A stretch of DNA of 64,000 bases from Nymphaea colorata (GCF_008831285.2 NC_045138.2:25234001-25298000), one strand, 5' to 3'. Shown: positions 17,890 to 32,426, numbered from the stretch's first letter. The notes: generated from the letters alone by a model not told the origin. Translations and numbers: made by a program.

Positions 17890-20800
17890 TCACTCTCCCT
17901 TAGGAAGCTCCTTCAGGAAATCAGCATGATCCACGAAAACCTACAACACAGTTGTGGAAACACTTGTGAGGTATCATAGACAGTGCCCGACATTTGATTC
18001 CTGTTTTTGATATATTAAACGCACATACAAGAGAGAGACAGAGAGAGAGAGAGAAGAAAACACACATACAAGAGAAGAATAGGTCCACATCAAAAGCTGA
18101 CAACTTCAAATTAGTGATTAACTGCCGGATCTCTATGTAACAAATTTATTTGCAAGTGAAATGATAATCACAAAATAATTGAGATGGGCCGGAACATAAG
18201 AAGGAAAATTAACCACCTTTTGACACTAAATGCTTAACAGATATAGCATGCAAAAATAATAAATGCAACTCCAAGGCCCGTACACATTGTTAGTAACTAT
18301 TACATTTTACATTTTTATATGTTGATGAAATCATTATTCGGCGAAGATCAGGTTCACTAACAATTGAAAGAATATAAAGAATGATACTATATGGACATGC
18401 AAGAATGTGAAACTGGTCTTGGTGCTGAAATTAATGGAAAATGAGGTAAAAGTGGCGCAAAAAAATACACCTCAGGAGGAAAGATTGACATTTTATAGCA
18501 TACTGTAATAACAGAAGTACATTACATCTGGATTTCATTAATACTAAAGTCTGAACATTTTTCAAATAGAGAGACATATGTGAGAAAATTGTTCTGAAGA
18601 CCTTGAAGTGAAATCGTGTAAGTGGTTCCCATTTGAGAATTTAACTTTTTCTTAAAAGCCTGTTGTACATGCTTAAACATGATTTTCATTCTGATATCTA
18701 TGATAGTTATTCAGGGGTCAATCTCAATAACTCTTGCTCTAATTTTAGATAAAGCAACCTTGTATGTAGGATCCTTGTTAGTTTAAGCCTTGCACGCAGT
18801 ATACAATTGCACACAAGTTGCTGCCCCACCATTCTGTGCTGCCAAGTAGAAAATTCGTTATTACTCTCATAATCACCTTCACAATTCTACTTCGCTCTCC
18901 CATTGTCCTAAAATTTCCCTTTTCTGTTTGTGGATATTGCAGATAGAGTTGGAGGTTTTTGACAAACCACCCATTACTTTCAAGTCATGTCATGACAAGA
19001 GAATAGGCAGAGAACAGAATGCAATGGTTTTCCTGGAAACATCATTTTGCTGTTCCACAGCCATGATATAGCAGCAGCACGTTGTACACTTGATAAAGTG
19101 TTTTCAGGTCATGTTCATGGGGAGCTCCATAAGTGAATAGTAGCCTATACGTTACCATAGAACAATTTAGGATTGTAAACATAAAAAGGATGAGCACTGT
19201 TCAGGGAGGCTTGAATATGCAAAAGTTAAAACGTACCACTTTCCAACCATCAGGATCAAGGAAAGAGGTGATTTTCGTATTGATTCCTGGAATAGGACCT
19301 GGCTCGCGAGTTATTTTACCACCTAGCTCTTGTGTAACCCGACGAACAACCTCAGCGCTTTTATAAACATCTTCAGTACTGAGAGCAACCTATATCAAAT
19401 GATGAAAACCAAAGAATTAGACACTTTTATTTGCATCCAGAAGATGAACAACCATGAAACAATGAGCTATGGATCATATTCTGACCTGTGCATATGCATT
19501 GCCTTTGGTGTATTCAGTCACACCATAATTGTATGTCAGCTCCAGGACTGTTGTTTTTTCTTCTTCATCATAACCAAGCATAGCTATAGAATACTGATTT
19601 TCAAATAAAGAACAGTTAATCATGGAACCTCATACACAGATTGCAAGGAAATTCAGCCAACATAAAAAGAAGATCAACATCAAACATGGGATTAATAAAT
19701 TTACCTTGTACTCAGGCCTGTCAACTGTCTTCACCACCCTCATTCCGCATGCCTGCATATCCATAGCAGCAATTAGCACTGCCTGTAATTTTGACAGCCC
19801 AACTGAAGTACTTTTAACACATAGATAAGCTCTAAAAGGTAACAAAATTAGGTTTCATAGATCAAAGCTCACACATCTTCATGTTTATTGTATGTCTGTG
19901 TGCATGTATCTGTGGCTGTGTGTGTTTGTGTTACTGTGCTTAATCTTTTGCCTTATTGTTTGGAAGGATATGTCAGGTAGGCACGGGGTTCAGCATTTTC
20001 TGAAAACACGGGTCATTAATGCAGCAAGGGTATAAAAGCTATCCAGAAATAACAAAATCAACAATCGACAAGCTATTATTCTACGAACACTTCAACGGAA
20101 AAAGAAAGAAATCCATTGTTGCACCCAAGTTGTGTCGAACCAGATGCAGCAACTTGGCAGGTCCATGTGACTTAGATTGAAGGTTTAAGGCCCCTTGTAC
20201 ACAAAGATACCATGCCTAATCACATGAAACTAACTATTTTCAGTTGAAAAAGACATTAGGGTCAGTTTTCCATATTTGCCATAGAATCTCCTTCATAGTT
20301 TGTTTTGTCCATAAGATGCCCTTTAGCTAGATACATCACTGGGGCAAATATTAATAGGTACCCCATAAGTCCAATCCAAAAGTAGGTTAAGCATCTGTTT
20401 CCATACTTGTAGAATACATGATGTTTCATGCAATGTCGTATCACAAAGTATTCTCCACATAGCGTGCTACAGTGCATGGTCAAACTTTCACTAGATGAAA
20501 AGAATACTGTATATCTAAGATGCTTGAAGCCAAATCTGTTAGTTGGATTCTGTACTATGATAATCTGCATCATTATATTGAAATATATGTAGTTGTTGAT
20601 CCCATAGCTTCCCAGGATGAGAAAGTTACCTCAGAAATTGGTCAAAGGAGATTTGGTATTCTACAAGTGAGAAAACAACAATGCAGATAACAGGACACTA
20701 TGCATGTTAGCAGGACCAACATTTACAAAAAAGTTGAGATTTCAGAACACAAGCTTCAGAAGACGTTCTTCTACCTTTTCATAGAACTTGATAGATCGTT

Positions 20801-21646
20801 CTAGATCTCCCACACGGAGCATAACTTGACATAATGGCTCAGGTGTGGGACCCCTTTGGATGAGCTCGAAGACATACCCATCAGGATCCTCCACGAATGC
20901 TATTACCGTTGTGCCTCCTTTAACAGGACCTGGCTCACGTTTTATCTTCCCGCCCTTTGCCCGGATGTCTTCAACCATTTTGTATACCTAGGAACACGTG
21001 TGACTTCATCATAAGAAATAGTGAGCTCACAACATATTATCAACTGTAACATGTTTTACTTCCTAACATGGTACCTACATCTTCAGTTGCAATTGCAAAA
21101 TGCCCAAAGCCAGTGCCGATATCATACTTATCAACTCCATAATCTACCAATAAGAGTAAAATATGAGAAGCTCAGGAGTTATCCAGGAAATGGTTCCATC
21201 ACGCATGAAAGAAATGGATCAGAAAATAGATAAGTACAATAATAAGACATAAGCATAAACAATATAGACCATATTTAAGTTCCAAGGAAGCATGTACATA
21301 CTATAAGTCAACTCCACAACAAAGCTTGATTCTTCAGGCCCAAAACCAAGAAAAGCATTTGAGTACTTTTCTTCTGGAACGTCTCTTTTCCTTAATAGCT
21401 TCATTCCAAAGCATTCGGTATAGAATCTGCCCATGCACTTCTTAGGTTAGATCTGAGCACAAGATTCACTTACAAAGTTTAATTCAAGATAAAAAAAATC
21501 AATTTCCAAATGAGAACACACTTTATGGTTCTCTCCAAGTCTCCAACACGATAAACAGCATGTAAGAAGCGGCGTTTGTCTTTCTGGGGCCATTCCAGTA
21601 GATCGTCAGTAGGAACAGCCTTTTCAGCTTCATGTTCAGATGCCAT
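17890..21646 (-). CDS. GLX1: Lactoylglutathione lyase (glyoxalase I, two-domain plant type), about 295 aa, no obvious transit peptide
   Basis: Exons on the minus strand are 21646-21522, 21426-21302, 21143-21079, 20987-20775, 19752-19705, 19593-19486, 19389-19237 and 17940-17890 (888 nt, in frame). Motifs include [56 protein letters not shown] and FLDPDGWK. Confidence 0.95.
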
Positions 21647-22569
21647 TATTTCCAGCAATGTCTAACCTGTCATTAGCAAAATCTCTAAAAATATAAGTAT
21701 AAATGAAGCGATAAGTTATGTAAGTTTTTCCTTTTTCTTTGTTTACATAATAATCAGAACAAAGAAAATAACTTCTTTGATAACAAATAAAGGGTATTTG
21801 AACTAGAATGCTATAAATGCCATAAACCCATGTCCTTTCGCACCTTTTCATCTAATACAGACTAATTCTGGATTTTGATGCAATTGTGGGCACCCCATAT
21901 CATGATTTTAATTGCTGCCAAGAAACCTCAAAGTTATTCAACCTAACAGCCATAGGATTGGCTGAGGCCTAAGTTAGAGACTGAAATGCCCCAAAGGAAA
22001 AGAAACCAATGCAATCAGGCAATGAATATCATTGCCAAAAAAAGTACAACTCTAAACAGTATCCTGTAACATGTAAGTCAGACATAGTCAAGCTCTGCAT
22101 GTATTTTCCAGACTCTTAGCTACAGTAACTGAACTAACTTGAGGAACGACCATACAAATTTTAAAACAACTACACACAAAGACAACTTCAGTTCATAATC
22201 CTCAAAGAATTTATGAACGAAAGAAGTCAAGTTACCTGATACGCATAACAAAGGTTCAACTGACATATCAAAACACTTCCGCTACCTAACAGTCCATTCT
22301 TGGGATAGGTGATGGACGGTAAAATTAAATACAATCACTAAGTGACGTCGGCAGGATTAAACATATCCCGGCTGCTATATATCGGTACGACAGTGAGGTT
22401 ATTGTGATCATCAGAGAAGAAAACAAGGAGGATATGCGTTCTAAATAAACTGAACTTCAACAATCAAGCATGCAAAGAGAGAGGTTGTTTAACGGGTTGA
22501 CAGGCATCACTCTTTTTGGGTGTATTGGATGAATTCACAAACCTTAACTGCTCCTAACTGAAACAGCGC

Positions 22570-23200
22570 CATACATTTCCTAACAGTCCAGAACAGATCA
22601 ACATGCTACGAAGACCACCCAAGCACGAAAGCAGTACACGTTTCTTTATCACCAAGCAAACGCCAATGTTTTGCACACCGTAAAGATACACAAACAGCAC
22701 AAAAAGTGCCACCCATTTGTCAATCCAGCTTCTTCGTGAAAGAATATAAAACGAACCCATCATTCGTGCGAACAACCGAACAACGCCCGCGCGAACACAC
22801 ACAGAGAGCGGAGATGGTATACGGGATTAGCAGTCATCGTTCTCTCAGGGTACGTCGGAAAAATCACAAACTTCAACTTTTCCAAACAAAGTTCCAAATT
22901 CCATCTAGACTTTCTTTCAACGTTGTTTTCCAGAAATTGAAACAAGCCATACGTCTCTAACAGTTCAGAAAACATCGACATGCTTGGAAGGCCACCCAAA
23001 TACCAAAGCAGCACGCATTTCTATATCACCAAGCAAATCCAATATCTTGCAAACCATGAAAACTAGACAGTAGACAACACCAAAACCGTCACTCGTTTGC
23101 CAATTCAAAGTCTTTGAACACGCACATAACAAAGCATATAAAGTGAACCCATCATTCACGAGAACAAGTGACACCAGGAACCCCGAAACGAACTCATCCG
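22570..23200. repeat. Diverged tandem duplication (period about 380 bp) in the GLX1 5'UTR intron
   Basis: CTAACAGTCCAGAA..CATGCT..CCACCCAA..AAAGCAG..ATCACCAAGCAAA..GAACCCATCATTC occurs from about 22580 and again from about 22957. Confidence 0.8.
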
Positions 23201-23268
23201 AAAAGGAAACCAACTTTCCTACCCAGAAATAGAAGAATGGGATGTGGGTAGCCTCAGTCTTCCCGTAC

Positions 23269-23330
23269 CTGAGATCGTATGGCCGGAAGAGACGCTGATC
23301 AAAATGGTGGCCCTTGAGGTTTTATAAAGG
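23269..23330 (-). promoter_or_regulatory. Probable GLX1 core promoter and non-coding first exon, followed by a 5'UTR intron (23268-21667)
   Basis: On the minus strand TATAAA lies near 23321-23326, a CAG|GTACGG donor at 23269/23268 and an ACAG| acceptor at 21667, 20 nt upstream of the ATG. The exon is inferred, with no transcript evidence. Confidence 0.55.
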
Positions 23331-25019
23331 CATCCCAGCACTCCCTTCCCACCGCCCTGGGGAAGGCAATTATGGAAAGTGCCCTTGATTCCCCTGCGAT
23401 CGGTGCGATGGTCCTGTCAAACGGTCAAAGCGTCAGCAACAGCCATCCGCCACTCTTGCCAATCTCAAGTTCACGGCAAAATTTCCGCGACAGAAAATCT
23501 CGCGACATTTTGAGAACAGCTTGTTTTCCTCAATAAAGAGGGCCATTAAAAATGTCACCCTGCATAAAAGTACACCTGTTCTAAGGTATGCATAGGATTT
23601 TCTTCTGTAAAATTTCGACTAGGAATCGAACTTGAATCACGAGATACTTGTTCTTTGATAGAACCATCCATGAATCACGGCTCTGGTTTCTTCTATTAGT
23701 TTCTGCCAAATTTCTAATAAATTATCCTATCTGTTCTTTTCTTGTGTCGCTAGGAGCAGAGCTTTTGCTCTAGGTAAATTTTTTGCCACTTCTTTAATGT
23801 ATTTGCCTGTGGTTCACGCCTGGTTCACGGACGGATGGTAGTGGGTATGCCTTTCCTATTATTCAATCTTCATCATAGGGTCTCTGTCTACCTAAAAGAA
23901 TCCCCACTTGCGAAGACCATATTATCATGATTCCCAAAGTACAGAGTCCATGGTCGAGTCAGGAAGGTTCTCTCCGCTGTGCCTTTCACACTTCCTTTTA
24001 TTGGGCACAATTCGATTGTGTTATGCTAAGAGATGCATCTCAGATATAGAACTCTTGACCTCGTTAAGTTCGAGATTGTTAAGTCGACCACTTCGTTAGG
24101 TGTATGCGGCTTGATGGCTACATTACGCATAAGAAGCTTTAAGTAGTCTGAAGCCTGTTTGAAATAAAGAACTACGTAGGGCTCGTGTATTAGTAGAATG
24201 GCAGTTGAGTTGCATTTAGAAGAATGAATTTTCTTTGTTACAACTAATTTGAAGCTTGAAACATTAAATTTTTTAAGCTGGAGAACAGGCATTTATATAG
24301 GTTAAGTCCTGTAACTCTTTTTTTTTCTTCCTTAAACTAAAAGTTCACTGATTGCTTTAGGAACGTCAAAGTAATGAACATCTTAAATTAGAGAAGTTGT
24401 GACTTGTGTCCTTATCCGCTAGTCAAACTTACGCAGGTCTTTCCTACCATTCAAAGGCCTGTAAGGTAGAATGCAGCGAAATGAGCAGAAAGTACAAAAC
24501 TTCGAAATTTAAAATGTTAACAGCATCCCATGTTGCACAAGTATTCATTTATGATGACAAGGTTATGAATGACAGTGAGAGAAGAGAATGAATTATGCCC
24601 ATGTTTGTGGGCATATGCAGAAGGGTATGAACTGCAACTTGGATCATCTTCATTGGAGGATCCGTTGATATATATCTACTACTGCACCATCACTAGCCAC
24701 TAGATGCTTCTGCTCTCTCTCGATCTCTCTCACACACACACACACACACACAAACAAAGTAGCTTATCATTTGGCTAATTGATGCAGTTTATCATTGGTT
24801 TTTTTCTTATTTGATTTGTAGTCCGAGAGAACCAAGAGATGGGTATTGTTTCACTTGCACATTTACCATGCTTTGGTCGTTCACAGTGCAAAACTTCCCA
24901 TTAGTTTGGTCTGTAATGAAGGATGACCTCTTCGAACTTGGGGAGCTTTGAGCCAGTGCCATTGAAATTGGCTAATTCTTTGAATTGAATTATGGGAAAC
25001 CATTATCAAAAAGTCCCAA

Positions 25020-25298
25020 GGGGTCGTTCAGCAGTTGGAACACTTTGAGAATATTTCATGAATCTATTTAAAGGGTGGAGTATTAGATGTCTATGAATCT
25101 ACTTCAGTCTTTAGGGCTGATTCATAACATATTCACACTGTGTTCATTTATCAAATGCGGTAAGGACACCCAATAAGTGTCCCATGAACTAATTTATTAT
25201 GAGCACATCTCAACCTTTGGGACATTCTATGTACCTGTCTTAATTTTGGGGTAGATTCATGAGACACTTGAAAAGTGTTCCCGCTAAAAAATAACCTC
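25020..25298. mobile_element. Tourist-like (PIF/Harbinger) MITE
   Basis: The long imperfect TIRs are GGGGTCGTT..GGAACACTTT..CATGAATCTA and TAGATTCATG..AAAGTGTTCC..AATAACCTC. The 3-bp flanks are CAA and TAA. Confidence 0.65.
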
Positions 25299-26881
25299 TA
25301 AAAAACCTTTTAGTGTTTTGATGTAGACTACTTAGACATTTTAACTGGTGTTGGAGATGTTAGGTAAGTGGAAAGTTGTGTTATAATGTGCTGGCATTTG
25401 GTAACAAGAGCGGTGTTCAGAGCATTTCATGTGTCCTAAAAATGGACATATTCATTAAACACCTTGTTTCAAAGTATGTAGTGTTCTTCTTCCCAAACGT
25501 CCCCAACATGAACCATGTTCTTGTTGCACAAAACATGATGTAATTATGAAAATTATTTTTGAATCCAATAATTAAATTTTGGACATAATCACATCATATT
25601 TGATAGAACAAGAACGTGACGATGAACACATATTAGAAGACCACAGTATTCTTCTTATCAAACGGTCAAGGCTTTTCCTAGGTTTACCTGGATTTATCAC
25701 CAAAGAATATGAGAAGAATAATAAAGATTGTTATTATTTCCAGTTGAATTTTTATAATCGAAAACCAGATTATCAATCATTTTATCGGCACTTCCCCCGT
25801 ATGAATTGTCCGTTGAGTTTGCGTTCGTGATTTATAACTCTCAAATTGGGCAAGAAATGAATTGCAAGTGTGCACACCTAGCTATCATAAAGTTTGATAA
25901 GAAAGAATGTTTTTTCTTAGAGCAAATATTCTTCAAAACAAATGAACTAATCAATATTCTTGTTTCAAGAAATTAGATACATTATGTCCACATCTAACAA
26001 TCAAACCACGATGGGTGTGTTTCATAGAGATCCAAAGTAATTTGAGACCATTGGAAATTTCAAATCTAAAGATTGGGGTCTCCTATTCAACCTTAAATTT
26101 GATGTTGTCCTCTTTTTCACATAATGTCCCCATGAAAGGAATGGAATTTGAGATCGGATATGAGATCCAAAGCTATCAAACACACCCATAATGTTTCTTA
26201 AAATAAGAATATGAATTTTTAAGACATATGTCCTAGAAATGTGTGTTATAAACATACAATCTTCTTCTTATATGTGCAAATTGTCCTTTTATCTTTTTTT
26301 TACCTTGATTATTATCATTTTTTAAATTAAAGATGCGCCCTCACTGTATCGTACGAAAGATGAGGCACATATTAGCTGAGATCTTATTTAGACACAGAAA
26401 ACCTCTCATATTTTCTTACCATTTCTTTACTACTTAGAGTTACATTTTTTCCTTGTAAGTGAATTTTTTTTTTAATTTTAAAAGGTTTCGTGAAATTTGA
26501 AATATCAACATTTCAATGCTTTGGCACCAATTGCATATGGTGTTCGTTTTCATACTAAAACGACTACGGGGATGACGGGTTTATTTTTGCAAAGAAATTA
26601 AACAGGAAATTGTGAAATTCAACTGGATCAGGTTGGGGCTACGTTCTTCATACTCTTGAGTCCGAATCTGGATTACTCTAAAATGATGCCATTAAGTATG
26701 AACCTACATCATAATCTAAACATGTTCAAAATCAGATAAGTGCTATTTATTTGGAAAAAATTTTGATATACCGAAGGTCCGAAATAGATTGAACGCTCCT
26801 CTGAACACTCAAGTCATATATAGAGCAAATGAACAAAATACCCTTGAACCAAACAAGAAAAAGAGAAGACATATGTTATAA

Positions 26882-27563
26882 CAGTGTCATATGTATCGTA
26901 CAATACAGGGTGAAGAAAACTCAGATCCTACTGGTTCGATACGTGATATGTCTGTGTATCACCCGTATTGGGGCTGTATCATATGATACACCCCATATCG
27001 TAAGATACAGGGTTAAATTTCAAAAAAAAAAAAGGTTCAGAAGTCTCTTTTTGCTTCATTCTTTTAAACGAAACCTTTGTCTCTCTCTCTCTAAACTTCT
27101 GTAAAGCCTGTGAGAGGGAGAGATTTTGCTGGTTTCTCCAAAAAATCACTGATTTGAGGAAGAAACCATGGATTTGATGAACTCGTAATGTAGTTTACTA
27201 AATTCTACAACACTCCAAAGTCTAAACTATGTGATAGATGCTTTTTGAACTTGTGGTAGGTCATGAATGTTTTAATATGTTATTTTCAATCTCGTAGTCG
27301 TACTTTTGGTTTTTTAATTTGTTGTTGTTATATATGTCTATGGTTTATGAATGATGAATTATGGATTATTAATGTTCTTTATGTATGTGCGATGAGTTTC
27401 TTTACATGAAATACATTGTTCTTATTTTTTCAGATTTTTAGATATTTTTCATGATTTTTTTTACTAATTTTTTAGTGTTTTTTTTACTAATTTTTTAGTG
27501 TATTTTAATTAAAAAAATCAATTTTAGACTGATACACAATACAATACACCAGTGACAACATTG
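26882..27563 (+). mobile_element. Non-autonomous DNA transposon (hAT-like)
   Basis: The ends read CAGTGTCAT...GTGACAACATTG, with repeated GTATCG/GATAC/CAATAC subterminal motifs and an AT-rich interior. A second copy lies at about 4231-4720. The TSD is not clean. Confidence 0.5.
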
Positions 27564-28099
27564 CCTATAACTACAAAGTTGAAAGAGACGAAAAAGCCAA
27601 AAAGATAACCATTTAAAGAGAAGAAAGATACTCTTTTGAGGAACAAAAAAAGGCACTCGTAAAAGGGTGTTTGCTAAAAGAAACACCAACACAGTGTTTG
27701 GTGAATGTATCCCAAAAATTGGAACGGATTCTTGAATTGCTAAGTTCATTGAATCTACTTTAATTAATCTGTTGATATATTCACATAACTCTTTATTAAT
27801 GTTTTTCTTGCCAAACGCCTCCCCATGTTCCACTGAATTAATAATTCTATTAACGGATACGGAATGCATCAAGTGACAGAAGATTTTACAGTCTGATAAG
27901 CGATAAATGCCTCGCACTTTACATGCGTTTTCTTTTTTTTTAATTCTGTTGCGACTGGGTCTTCAGCCAGATGAACCTGAACCATATCGGAGAAACGACC
28001 AAACCGTATCTCATCTGAAGTATAATTTGCTTCCGTTTCTGACTATCCACTTTCTAGTTCTAACGTTGAGACACTTGTTGGAGTTTTCAATATTGGCAA

Positions 28100-29350
28100 T
28101 TATCTATCTTGCAATAGTTTTTTTCTTTCTGAAGGTTACTGATTTCTTCTCAAAGATTGGAGCAGTTGTTGTTGGGATTAACTGACAATTAATGAAAACA
28201 GATGCAGAAGAATGGACAAAGTTTTCATGTGGTAAAGGAAAATTTGTTTGATCAGTGATGCGTGAAGCCAAAACTGATAAGAAGATGAGTTGTCCCACAG
28301 AATCTGGAGTCCAAGTATGGTGACCCACAATTGCAGAACAGTAGTTAACCATTAAACCTTCACCAGAAAAACACTAGAGGATTGGTTGTGGGAACCAATG
28401 TTGAATATGATGCTTGCTATTTGAAGAAGGCCCACCAACCCATCTGAAATAAACCACAAAATCCTTATCTGAGGTCCCACCTCCATAGCAGGGTTACTGA
28501 ATGGTATCTTTTAAAAGGGCAATAGAAGCAGTAGGCTACTTGTTAGAATTTCATTATTAAAAAAATTTTGAAAATATTCTCAGCTCTTGAGAGTACCACA
28601 AAAAATGTGCTCATGTTTGGCATTTAATGGTATCTTTCTAAGCCACTCATGTTCTTCAATGTTGTGGGGAGGACATCTTTGCTCTTTCGGTCAATGATTT
28701 GGTATTGGTTGGACTATTTGTCATGGTAGCGAGTGGAAGAGGTTAATCACAGTGCACTTCTGCTCTAACGCGAGCTCTTTTTAAAGTAAATCGTTGAAGT
28801 GGTGGACCAAAAACCAGTGAGTGCTGGTTTTTGTATTTAAAGAAGCTATGGTGCTTGCTGCAAAGTGTGCAACTCTTGACCGAGCCTAATTCTAATTTGT
28901 TTTGTTCCTAAGCAAAGACTAATGCTTACCCAGTTGTTAATTGATGCAACATCTGAAGATGAACTCTTAATTTCTGCATCTAAAATGGTATATCCAAACA
29001 GGCTTCATGCCAACAGGTACTGTAATTGGTCATGAATTAAAAGATCATCACAAGTATTTCTGACTACAGGATTGGATATGGCTGCTTAATTCTAAATCTA
29101 TGTGAACGATCAAAGTTTTTTGGCTTGACCATCTTCACATTTTGTTGAAGTAACCAAATTCAGTTGAAAGATTTAAGCCTTTACATACATAGATATGTTC
29201 ACTAATGCGTTGTAAAGTAAATCGAGATGTCTGCATTTGGCACCTAAGAACATTCGGTACAGATTGAGGCAAAACAGGGTTGAATGGAGCTCCTAGCCAT
29301 GTAACTAGCTATTCAACCTTGCTATCAATATTTGAAGACAACGGATAAAT
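28100..29350 (-). mobile_element. Possible highly decayed LINE (ORF2 3' part) remnant
   Basis: Minus-strand translation fragments WLGAP (about 29290) and TWTPDSVGQL (about 28300) resemble the LINE post-RT motifs YLGxP and WxWxxxxxGxF, in the expected order. There are many stops, so the call is weak. Confidence 0.25.
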
Positions 29351-29579
29351 TTTCTTCATTTTCAAGAGTGGCAAGCATTTTTTCATGTCTTTTCTCCTGC
29401 ACTTCCTCATTCATTGATGTTTACTGATGCCAACATCAAGATTCTGAGCCCTCCTGCAGATCATCAACTGAAGGGTTTGCTGTTCTCTCTTATCTGCTGC
29501 GTTGAATCCTTCACCATTCCACACACATCTAGCATTAATCTTGAAGCGATCTCTAGGGTTTTAACCATGGCGACATGAA

Positions 29580-29739
29580 GGGCCGTCTGGTATCATTAAC
29601 AATACGTTACTGTCACTTGCATCTCTACCCCAAAGACTTAATTACATTCATTCATGAAGTATTTTAAAAAGTGTTTTCACGAATCCGCTCCAATTTTTAG
29701 GTAGATATATGAAATACTATTACTGTTGCCAAACGGCCC
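29580..29739. mobile_element. Tourist-like MITE
   Basis: The TIRs are GGGCCGTCTGGTA and TGCCAAACGGCCC. The internal GAATCC..CAATTTTTAGGTAGAT is shared with 25020-25298 and with a fragment at about 47065-47135. Confidence 0.6.
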
Positions 29740-30638
29740 CAAGCCAAGGAAACCACTTTATTCTGAAATAGACAATGAAATCATGGCGCTTCGTAGACTT
29801 GTTTTTCATATGTCCTTTTCAATTTTCTTCCCCCAATAGAAATGAGAAAAAGATAGTCCTCTTTTTTAATTTTGAGGAACAGAAAAGAAAGAAAGCAATG
29901 ACGATCCACCAAAAGGAAGGGAAAATCTCACCAAGTTCCACAGGCCGGATCAAGCAGGGGAGCCCACTCCCCAAATTTGCTTGAACCCAGTTGCCATACT
30001 TGACCACTTTCAGCCGCCTCTTTCTGGACCCACCACTCCTCCTAGCACACAGTGGCTCAGCCAACTAGTTCAGCCGCGTGATCTTCAGAAGGCAAAAAAT
30101 ACTAACAATTTGAGCTATGGGCTTGGCCAACAGGATCTGCCACAGTAACCAGTAACGAGTGGTAAAACCTTTTAAAAAATGGGAACCATGTAACAATTTA
30201 TTCATATAGAAACAAATGTCTTTAATGATCAATTATTCTCCATTTCTGCACCTCTCAACAGCTCCAGAAGCCACCAATGCTTGCTCAGAGTTTTAATATA
30301 ATAAAGCAGCAACTCACTCATCAAGGAAGCAGCCAACCAAACACGCATGTGCATGTTGCAGGGAAAGGCTGCGTTAATCCTTCCGCAGCCTCTCTTCATC
30401 TCCACAAACTCATTGATTGAACTTCGTCTCAAGATATTCAAGTTTGAAGGCCGCCACAGACAATCATCGATGGGCTTGGAGATCTTCAAGCCGAATTGTT
30501 ATTGCATCTCTCACTTTTTCTATGTGCTGTGTTCATTCATTGCTCTTCAAATTCATTTCATCTCTACACTACGGACTTTGTGTGATCGAGTTCTGCCGGC
30601 GCAGAACGAAGATCAAGATCCCGTTTAACAAATAGTTA

Positions 30639-30690
30639 ATAACAACAACAGCAACAACGACAACAACAATAATAATAATTAATAATAATA
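30639..30690. repeat. Compound (AAC)n/(AAT)n microsatellite
   Basis: Read directly. Confidence 0.9.
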
Positions 30691-32022
30691 TTCGGAGTAC
30701 CCCCATGGAATGTTCCTGAATGTGCATTGAGATTTTGTGGTGCAAAGCAGAGGCAGAGCCACGTATAGGCTGCTGTCCACACCAGCTCCTCAAGAGTTCT
30801 TTATTTTCAATTATTATTTTGAAAAAATGTTTGGTCTCTTATGTATACGAGTGACCCTTCATATATGAAAATCTGTTTCCCTTCCAGAAAAATTTTCGTG
30901 GACGTAATCAGAGGAGACCTCCACATGCTAGTGGTGCTGCGCCTTCAACAACTGGGAACCACAGGAACTCTCGCAGATTGCAGCTTCGATGCCAAGTAGT
31001 CAACACTCGTAAATGTATGACAGGTACTTTCATCAGAAAAGAAACGCAGTCAACTCTTAATTTGACAGTATCAAAGCTTTTTTAATCGGTTCAGAGGATT
31101 ACTTGGATTTCGAACTTGTGACGTCGATCTTTTCATCTCGTTGATGTTACTGTTCCTGTCCATAACACCAAAGACCAAATTACAAGAAAGAGATAAAGAA
31201 AACGATGTTCATCGCGTCTCTCATTAGCATGTGATTAATTTTCAAGTTTTCACCTAAAATCGACATCTGGTAAACTAGATCATTTGACAGCATCTTTTTA
31301 ACTTTCTTTTTTTCACAAAATCATTTCGTTTTAGCTAAAATTGATAAAACTCTAGAAGTCTCTAACCCATTAAAGGATACTCTAACTTCACTGGAACAAG
31401 AGGCACCTTAATGGCTTCTTGGATTTTCGGTTATTAACTTTACGAAAGAAGGAACTTTTATTATTTTATCAAATTTCTGTCATACTATACTATACCTAGT
31501 AAATTTTTGTTTTTAAAAGTTTCACGGGGCTGGGTCCCTTTATGGCATTTTCCAAATTTCTTGAGAAGCAAGCTTTAGATGCTCTCACAACTTTGGCAGA
31601 TTATGAGTGGAATGAGAACTTCAATTGCAACTTGGCAAACAAATCACTCTTAGACCCAGCATTGTCATCCTAATTTCAGAAACGGCCTTCGTATTTTCAA
31701 GTTGTCTTCTGTGACCATGTTTTTCTCCTAGTTCTCAAAAATATAATAGTAACATAAGCTAAAAATATTTCATTCGTTCTTTCTAAATAGATAATCATGT
31801 TCCTAGTAATAAGTTCTATAGGAGGTCCATGATAGTTGTCACAGAAAATATCAAGAAGAGGATCACATCTCCATTTGTTTCACTATACAAGTTCAATTTT
31901 GCAAGACAGGTTAAATGTTCAGCGATAACAAGGAGGAGTGTAAAAGTTGACCCCTTTTATGGGACGTGTCATAGGCTTTCGGACCTTTCTTTATTTGACT
32001 AAACACAAAAATCAATTTCAGG

Positions 32023-32426
32023 AAGGGGTGAACAACGAGTTGAGCTACTTGAGTTTGACTCGTTAAAGTTCAGCTCATGAACGAGTTCGAGCTGAGTCAT
32101 TTGCTTAATGAGTCAAGCTGAGTTCATGAATCGACTCTTTCAAATAATCGAGTTGAGTTCGAGCTCAATACGTAACTACTGAGTCTGAACCTTAATCAAG
32201 TCGATATATTCAAACGAGTTTATGAGTTTGTCGAGCCTTAATCGAGTGAAACTCAAGCTCAACATGTAACGTTGAATATTAATTCTATTCAAATGAGTTT
32301 ATCGAGTCTTAATCGAGTCGAACTCGAACTCAACATGTAACTGCCGAGTCAAGCTCGATGTTTCATTAGTCGAGCTGAGCTCAAACTGACTGAATTAGGG
32401 CTCAACTTTGCTCATGTTCACCCTTA
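32023..32426. mobile_element. hAT-like MITE about 630 bp upstream of the APR ATG
   Basis: The TIRs are AAGGGGTGAACA and TGTTCACCCTTA. The interior is saturated with CGAG/CTCG/GAGCT subterminal repeats. The decayed TSD ATTTCAGG / ACCTCAAG matches at 5 of 8 positions, and all differences are transitions. Confidence 0.7.

Noticed and set aside
32040..32400. Short recurring GAGTT/CGAGC motifs that look array-like
   Set aside because: These are irregular subterminal repeats within TIRs in plant DNA, not a CRISPR array or a satellite.
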